64,000 nucleotides of DNA. Origin: an uncultured Fibrobacterota bacterium (GTDB taxonomy: Bacteria; Fibrobacterota; OXYB2-FULL-49-7; JAEUSG01). Position 1 is the first letter of the stretch. Each line of letters begins with the position of its first letter. The stretch covers positions 121,896 to 185,895 of the forward strand of contig CAWHPS010000035.1 in the NCBI GenBank assembly GCA_963831235.1. The letters run 5' to 3'. A program made the translations under genes and the position numbers. Shown piece by piece: positions 59,298 to 64,000 of the stretch. The notes beneath the pieces were generated by a model. It was not told the origin of the DNA, did no database searches, and saw only the letters and a program-made list of their open reading frames with translations.

Positions 59298-59510
59298 TTA
59301 TGCCCCTTCAACAAGCCTGATAATTTCTTTCCCGCACTCACTACAGAAGCCCTCCAAGAGGAGGTTTGGTTTATGAAAAGAAAGTGTATAGTTTTCAATG
59401 GTGACACCCTTCATACATTTTGAACACCAAGAAGTTTCGACAACACCCTTCTTGGCGTATTCGGGCATCTTTCTCCAGAAATCCATAGCTTTGTCGGGGA
59501 TTGATTCCAT
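59298..59510 (-). CDS. Small zinc-ribbon protein (CxxC...CxxC), hypothetical
   Basis: MESIPDKAMDFWRKMPEYAKKGVVETSWCSKCMKGVTIENYTLSFHKPNLLLEGFCSECGKEII. The start is taken at the internal Met of the track ORF. Confidence 0.4.
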   Translation of the reverse strand: MESIPDKAMDFWRKMPEYAKKGVVETSWCSKCMKGVTIENYTLSFHKPNLLLEGFCSECGKEIIRLVEGA

Positions 59511-59694
59511 TTGTGTTTTTCCTTTTATGGTAAAATAAATTGTTACACAGTAAAGCGGAAAGGATGCCATTGACAGAACCCTGTATGAAGGATTAGTATT
59601 CTTTATCTGGAAAAGCGTAAAACAGGTTGAGGTTCAATAGGTTACAAGGGAATCGTGATCAAGGAATAGCTATGGTTTTTATCAATGCCAACCC

Positions 59695-60585
59695 TTGAAA
59701 CTGTCGATGTGCTATTGTATAATTAGAAATATGGTCGAACTCAATGTGCCTAATAAGTTGTCTGTTATCACAGAACACTTGGACGACTATTTATCCTTTG
59801 CGGACAAACTAACAAGTGTAAGCACTGGTGAGGTTGCAATAACATTTCCGACGAAGTTCTGGACATACCCCGCAGGTCTTGTTCTGCTTGCACAATACGC
59901 TTCAAAAATAAGAAAAGCCAAAGGCAATCTTCTCTGTAAAAACACACCGAAGTACATAACAACTTCCAAGAACGGTCAACTGTCGAGTATTCTCAATTTA
60001 AAAACACTGAAACAGAGATACCAGACAGAAACAACAAGTGAAGAAATCGTTCAATTCATTTCTGCCCACGGTGATATCGGGAAATATGTTGATAAAAATC
60101 TCATCCAAGACAACCTTGATGAAATGATGCTAAATGCTTTTGACCATTCCGGCGAGTCAGAAGTGTCTGTTTTCGGGCAAAGCTATTCCACCAAACAAGA
60201 AGTGATCTTTACGGTGCTCGATCTTGGCATAGGAATACCAGAACACATCCGTAGAAAATACCCACCTTCTTTAAAACCAGAGAATGCGCTCTTCGCTGAT
60301 GATGCCTATTGCATTCAGCAGGCAACCCACGAAGGCTTCACTGGGTCAACGCCTGATAAGAACAGTGGCGTTGGTCTTTATTATCTAAAGCAGTTTATTG
60401 AAAATACAAGAAGCAATCTTCGGATAATATCGGGAAATGGATATTATGAATGTATAGGCGGTAAGGAACGAACCAGCAAAAACACCATTCCCTTTAGAGG
60501 AACCATTGTTGATTTTCAACTGCTTCTGAGTAAAGTACCTGATAACCAGACACCAGCCCTTGTTTCTGATGATTTCCCTTTTTGA
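59695..60585 (+). CDS. Histidine-kinase-like ATPase (HATPase_c / GHKL) protein without H-box, partner of DUF4325
   Basis: The 296-aa ORF has an N-box-like segment LDEMMLNAFDHSG, a G1 box VLDLGIGIP, and a G2 box NSGVGLYYLK. No phosphoacceptor His domain is present. The domain layout resembles anti-sigma-factor/serine-kinase-type GHKL proteins. Confidence 0.7.
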   Translation: MKLSMCYCIIRNMVELNVPNKLSVITEHLDDYLSFADKLTSVSTGEVAITFPTKFWTYPAGLVLLAQYASKIRKAKGNLLCKNTPKYITTSKNGQLSSILNLKTLKQRYQTETTSEEIVQFISAHGDIGKYVDKNLIQDNLDEMMLNAFDHSGESEVSVFGQSYSTKQEVIFTVLDLGIGIPEHIRRKYPPSLKPENALFADDAYCIQQATHEGFTGSTPDKNSGVGLYYLKQFIENTRSNLRIISGNGYYECIGGKERTSKNTIPFRGTIVDFQLLLSKVPDNQTPALVSDDFPF

Positions 60586-60609
60586 AGAACAAATAGTTAT
60601 ATTTAAATT

Positions 60610-60930
60610 ATGACTGAAAAGAAAACCGTTATCGCCCTTGCTACTAAATACGGAGCGCACCTTGCCACAAGAGAGATATGGGGACAGAAGGTTTGTTCCG
60701 ATATTAAAGCATTGTTGGCGATGGATTACTCTATTGAAGTGTCATTCAAGGATATGGTATCAACCTCTCCATCTTTTTTGGATGAAGCATTCGGAAAACT
60801 GGTTGAGGAATACGATTTGGAGTTCTTGAAAAAGCGACTTTCATTCACAAACATTACTGATTATTATCGCACCAATTTGAATAAAGCCATCCTTCGGCGA
60901 CATAGCCGGAAACAACAAGCCCATTCTTAA
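60610..60930 (+). CDS. STAS-like DUF4325 domain protein
   Basis: The 106-aa ORF (MTEKKTVIALATKYGAHLATREIWGQKVCSDIKALLAMDYSIEVSFKDMVSTSPSFLDEAFGKLVEE...) shows the hallmarks of DUF4325, a STAS-like domain. It lies 24 bp downstream of the GHKL ATPase gene. Confidence 0.65.
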   Translation: MTEKKTVIALATKYGAHLATREIWGQKVCSDIKALLAMDYSIEVSFKDMVSTSPSFLDEAFGKLVEEYDLEFLKKRLSFTNITDYYRTNLNKAILRRHSRKQQAHS

Positions 60931-60996
60931 CTTCTTTTTTGTTGAAGTATCCATCAATCACTGTTCCAACAAACCCTTATTAATAATGAACCATAT

Positions 60997-61599
60997 CTAC
61001 CGGCGGCATTGAACAAAACCATTTTCTTTAAGGACAGCCTCCGTTAGAGGGACATTTTCTTTTGTACTGAGCAATATATTTTTAATCTTTATTGCTGCAT
61101 TATCAGGATTTAACCCTGTAATATCAATATGTAAATCGGCTTTTTTATAGCTTGGTCGAAAATATGATATATCGTCTTTAATTTGTCTTAAACATTGTTT
61201 CTTTTCACTTTTAGTAAGTGTTTTCGATATTATATGAGAATCCTTGTCGTAAAAGACTACTCTCTTTAGGATGTTTTCGGGATTGTCCGTCAGAACAACA
61301 ATGGTCCCTCCATATTTTTTTACAGCACGGAAATATCCGCTCATAAGACCGCTCGGGGGTAAAGCTAATACACATTCTTTGGTATCCGGCAAGGTTAAAA
61401 GATTAAATAGCGCTTTAGATGCCTCGTATCGGAAAGAATGGGAGGTGAGAAATCGATCCTGAAGCCTTTCAATACTGGTTCCGAAAAACGCTTCTATCTC
61501 ATGGTCTAAATCATAAAAAGTAATATTCAAGATTGAAGCCAATTTCTTGCCAATCGTCGTCTTACCGACACAACTGACACCTGCCAAATATATTCGCAT
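60997..61599 (-). CDS. Shikimate-kinase-family P-loop kinase (divergent; substrate uncertain)
   Basis: The N-terminus IYLAGVSCVGKTTIGKKLASILNITFYDLDHEIE closely resembles AroK ([34 protein letters not shown]). The shikimate-binding GGG motif is not conserved (LPPSGLMSGYF). Confidence 0.6.
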   Translation of the reverse strand: MRIYLAGVSCVGKTTIGKKLASILNITFYDLDHEIEAFFGTSIERLQDRFLTSHSFRYEASKALFNLLTLPDTKECVLALPPSGLMSGYFRAVKKYGGTIVVLTDNPENILKRVVFYDKDSHIISKTLTKSEKKQCLRQIKDDISYFRPSYKKADLHIDITGLNPDNAAIKIKNILLSTKENVPLTEAVLKENGFVQCRR

Positions 61600-61621
61600 C
61601 GCAAAATCCTTGATTGCCGTC

Positions 61622-61900
61622 TTAATCCTTTACAGGTTCTTCCGCAATTGTAATCAATATCCGAAGCATGGCTTCCATACCAGCGGCATGAAGAAGAGTC
61701 TCTTCAAGTATTTTGTCTCCGGGCGCCTGAATCGTTCGACAAATCTCATCATAAATAGGATAATCTTTTCGCAAACGGGCAAATTTAACATTGAGATCAT
61801 TTTCGGAAAAGCTATTTTCCTTAATAATCCGTTTCCCTGTATCAGTGAATTTACCTTTTTCGATGGATTGTAGAGCATCTCTCAACTTTGAGTCTCCCAT
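61622..61900 (-). CDS. Hypothetical protein (92 aa)
   Basis: The ORF is in tight operon arrangement, 22 bp upstream of the kinase gene. No motif was recognized. Confidence 0.4.
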   Translation of the reverse strand: MGDSKLRDALQSIEKGKFTDTGKRIIKENSFSENDLNVKFARLRKDYPIYDEICRTIQAPGDKILEETLLHAAGMEAMLRILITIAEEPVKD

Positions 61901-61951
61901 GTTTTCCCCTTATTGAAACATTGAAAATAGAGATTTTATGTCCAAGTGGTT

Positions 61952-62497
61952 TTATTCTTCCTTCACCAAAGCCGCAAAATCCATCTTATCACTTTCCAGA
62001 TTAACTCCTTGTGCTAATTGCTCTCTTATAAAATTGAAATAGCCTTCCGCCCCTTCTTTTTTAATCCAAAACTCTACGGAACCCCTAATTCTTAAGAGGC
62101 ATTTTATTGCTGGAATAAAATATTCTTTTACATTTGACGCATCACTAAAATCGTATGATGACTTTATGACATCCGATATCTGTTCATTTGTGAACGGATC
62201 AAAACTACTCATTAAGGCTTTGTACAAAAGGGTGTTTCCATTGTTCCAATAATTTCCGAAATCATATTTTTCAGAAACAATATATCCGTGAATGGTCATT
62301 AGCGCCATATTAATCGCCTCCGTTACTCGACGGCTAACACATGAAGGATTTCGGTGTCGTACTTTTAGCATGTTCCCTTCCATGCAAAATAATAGTGGAT
62401 CGTACTTTTCTTCGTGTCCGTTAATTTTGCCAAAAACTCTGGACATTTCCAGATACTTTCTTTCCAATTTGTATTGATTGATCCTTATTGGTTCCAT
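61952..62497 (-). CDS. Hypothetical protein (181 aa)
   Basis: The ORF lies in the same minus-strand operon. No motif was recognized. Confidence 0.4.
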   Translation of the reverse strand: MEPIRINQYKLERKYLEMSRVFGKINGHEEKYDPLLFCMEGNMLKVRHRNPSCVSRRVTEAINMALMTIHGYIVSEKYDFGNYWNNGNTLLYKALMSSFDPFTNEQISDVIKSSYDFSDASNVKEYFIPAIKCLLRIRGSVEFWIKKEGAEGYFNFIREQLAQGVNLESDKMDFAALVKEE

Positions 62498-62513
62498 TTT
62501 TACCCCCTAAAAT

Positions 62514-63374
62514 TTATTTCTTATCCTCAGAAATGTTTCCATCCGAAGAGATATTGATCGTAGTGCCCTTTTTAAATGTTTTCCCGTGTTTAGAATAGTT
62601 TGCCGATAAAGTACACTTTGACAGAGAACCATTCTCTTGGAATTGAACGCCATGAAATAATGATGCTTTGCAAGGAACACCTTGAATATTCTCATCTTTT
62701 GAAAGAAAAGTACCGTGCAATCTGCCATTATGGTAAAAGCTGGTTTCAATCCAATCCCACCATCTTCCTTTACACGAAATCCCTTGGACAAAAACATTCT
62801 TGGGAAAATACGCATAAAATATTGTAACGTTCTGCCTAAAACGCATCACTGTCTTTTTAAGCAAAATGACAGAGTTGTATATGGTATCTCTTGCAACACG
62901 ACACTGGGACAAATTGCCAGCCGAATCAAAATGAACCCATTGCTCACATGGAATCCCTTGAATTACAATTGGCGTGTGTAGCTTGGCTTGCTTAATGGAG
63001 CTGTCTGGATAATAGGTAATAGATTTTGCAGCTTTTAAGATAGATTCGTTTGGTTTTGACAATACGGGAGAGGAAGCTATGAAGACAGCAACAAAAACCG
63101 CAAGAAATCTGTGTTTATTTTGTTGGAAAGGAATCAAAAATTCAAGCACCTTTCTTAAAAACCAACCCTTTGGCGGATAATGTTTGTATAACCCTAAACG
63201 GCGATTCTGCTGTAAATCCTGACCGAAACCAACTGTCTTTAATGTTGATACTGAAAACTGTATCTCTGAAAGAGCGTCTGAGATCGAAGGGGAACCAAGT
63301 TTTAAAATCGCTACTTCCCCATATTCTAAATTTGTTATTATGAAGGGTTGGTTCGTAAACTTGTATATCTGCAA
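62514..63374 (-). CDS. Hypothetical protein with MORN-variant-like G-x-C/W repeats; 5' end ambiguous (overlaps ORF 63142..63474, possible frameshift)
   Basis: Repeats are present: IQGIPCEQWVHFDSAGNLSQCRV, VQGISCKGRWWDWIETSFYHNGRLHGTF and IQGVPCKASLFHGVQFQENGSLSKCTL. An internal hydrophobic segment RFLAVFVAVFIASSPVLS looks like a signal peptide but has no in-frame ATG. Confidence 0.35.
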   Translation of the reverse strand: MQIYKFTNQPFIITNLEYGEVAILKLGSPSISDALSEIQFSVSTLKTVGFGQDLQQNRRLGLYKHYPPKGWFLRKVLEFLIPFQQNKHRFLAVFVAVFIASSPVLSKPNESILKAAKSITYYPDSSIKQAKLHTPIVIQGIPCEQWVHFDSAGNLSQCRVARDTIYNSVILLKKTVMRFRQNVTIFYAYFPKNVFVQGISCKGRWWDWIETSFYHNGRLHGTFLSKDENIQGVPCKASLFHGVQFQENGSLSKCTLSANYSKHGKTFKKGTTINISSDGNISEDKK

Positions 63375-63515
63375 TGTTCTTAAATAAAATGCATTTGCTT
63401 AATCCTACAGGGGAGTAGTAGCATTTTAGAATAATCCTATCGTTTGTTATGGTGATTAAGGAGTCGTCGTACATTCCAGAATGCTCTTTTTAGATTACGG
63501 CTGAATTTATTTCTA

Positions 63516-63977
63516 TCATGTTGTTAAAAAAGTAATAAACATCGGCGTTTTATCATCATGCGGAGTAAAACCGCATTTCTTGTAAAAATCCACTTCTGTG
63601 TTATAGGCTATCAAAACTTTTCTTGCATAAGATTCATAATGCGCTAACATTTTATTGACCAAGGTTTTTCCAATTCCTTGAGAATGGTATTCCGGCATTA
63701 CTAACAGGTAATGAAAATATGCCGTCATAATTTTATCGGACAAAGCATTCATCAGCCCTATTAATTTTGTTCCGTCCCATGCCGATATCACGGTATCGGA
63801 ATTATTCATAGCAATTTTCAGTTCGTCAGGATATTTTCCTGAAGACCATTTAACGGATAGGAACAAAGCTTCTAATTCTTTTTCAGTAAAATCTTTAATT
63901 GTCTTGAACTCAATCATTTTCATCTCCATTTCATTCGACTTGTGGTGTTGCTGGCGGCTCCCCTTGTGTCTTGACAA
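63516..63977 (-). CDS. GNAT-family N-acetyltransferase
   Basis: The 153-aa ORF has acetyl-CoA-binding motif A (…HYLLVMPEYHSQGIGKTLVNKMLAH...). Confidence 0.8.
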   Translation of the reverse strand: MSRHKGSRQQHHKSNEMEMKMIEFKTIKDFTEKELEALFLSVKWSSGKYPDELKIAMNNSDTVISAWDGTKLIGLMNALSDKIMTAYFHYLLVMPEYHSQGIGKTLVNKMLAHYESYARKVLIAYNTEVDFYKKCGFTPHDDKTPMFITFLTT

Positions 63978-64000
63978 TTCAATAAAGCGTATGCTGTAGC

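Noticed and set aside
60997-61900. An epsilon/zeta toxin-antitoxin pair, suggested by a small ORF immediately upstream of a P-loop kinase.
   Set aside because: Walker A lies at residues 6-13 and the N-terminal region matches shikimate kinase (AroK) closely. Zeta toxins have an N-terminal extension of about 40 aa before the P-loop and different downstream motifs.

Overview
The window is a low-GC bacterial chromosome segment with strongly mosaic composition, and the organism is probably Gram-negative. This is supported by a YidC with a long periplasmic N-domain, an outer-membrane porin, and LPS heptosyltransferases.

Gene content, left to right:
1. Origin-proximal housekeeping block: rsmG and mnmG on the minus strand, an AT-rich gap that may be oriC, then dnaA on the minus strand diverging from rpmH-rnpA-yidD-yidC.
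2. recN, a CDP-alcohol phosphatidyltransferase-family membrane protein, and galK.
3. Two tandem paralogous DUF47(PhoU-like)+PiT phosphate transporter pairs.
4. A GC-rich Pho regulon block: phoB, phoR, a porin, pstSCAB and phoU. Two clear three-repeat Pho boxes are visible.
5. A 2.06-kb IS with perfect 19-bp terminal inverted repeats and a 9-bp target-site duplication. Its transposase is split at a T5C6 homopolymer.
6. A nucleotidyltransferase and a Zn-dependent alcohol dehydrogenase.
7. An LPS core/O-antigen-like cluster of GT2, GT1 and GT9 glycosyltransferases with the GDP-fucose synthase gene fcl. It includes a GT2-GT2-methyltransferase fusion and a heptosyltransferase gene split by an IS4-family element with a 9-bp target-site duplication.
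8. purA, a GAF-domain membrane sensor, oppABC, a STAS-fusion protein, and a XerC/D-type recombinase.
9. A tRNA-Met(CAT) with an integrative element beyond it. This carries an integrase, an excisionase, a truncated second integrase, an IS91-family rolling-circle transposase, and a cargo of mostly uncharacterised genes.

Two non-coding repeat families stand out:
- A GC-rich MITE-like element, about 120-160 bp, with GTAACTGTTCAG terminal inverted repeats. It has 4-5 copies, all intergenic.
- A CCCTCTCCC/GGGAGAGGG hairpin element with 5 copies concentrated in the LPS locus.

The best candidate for an undescribed system is the histidine-kinase-like ATPase plus DUF4325 (STAS-like) pair on the island. 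Also notable there are an adjacent SWIB+HU chromatin-like pair and a five-gene kinase/unknown/GNAT operon. All family assignments rest on motif reading by eye. No database searches were possible.
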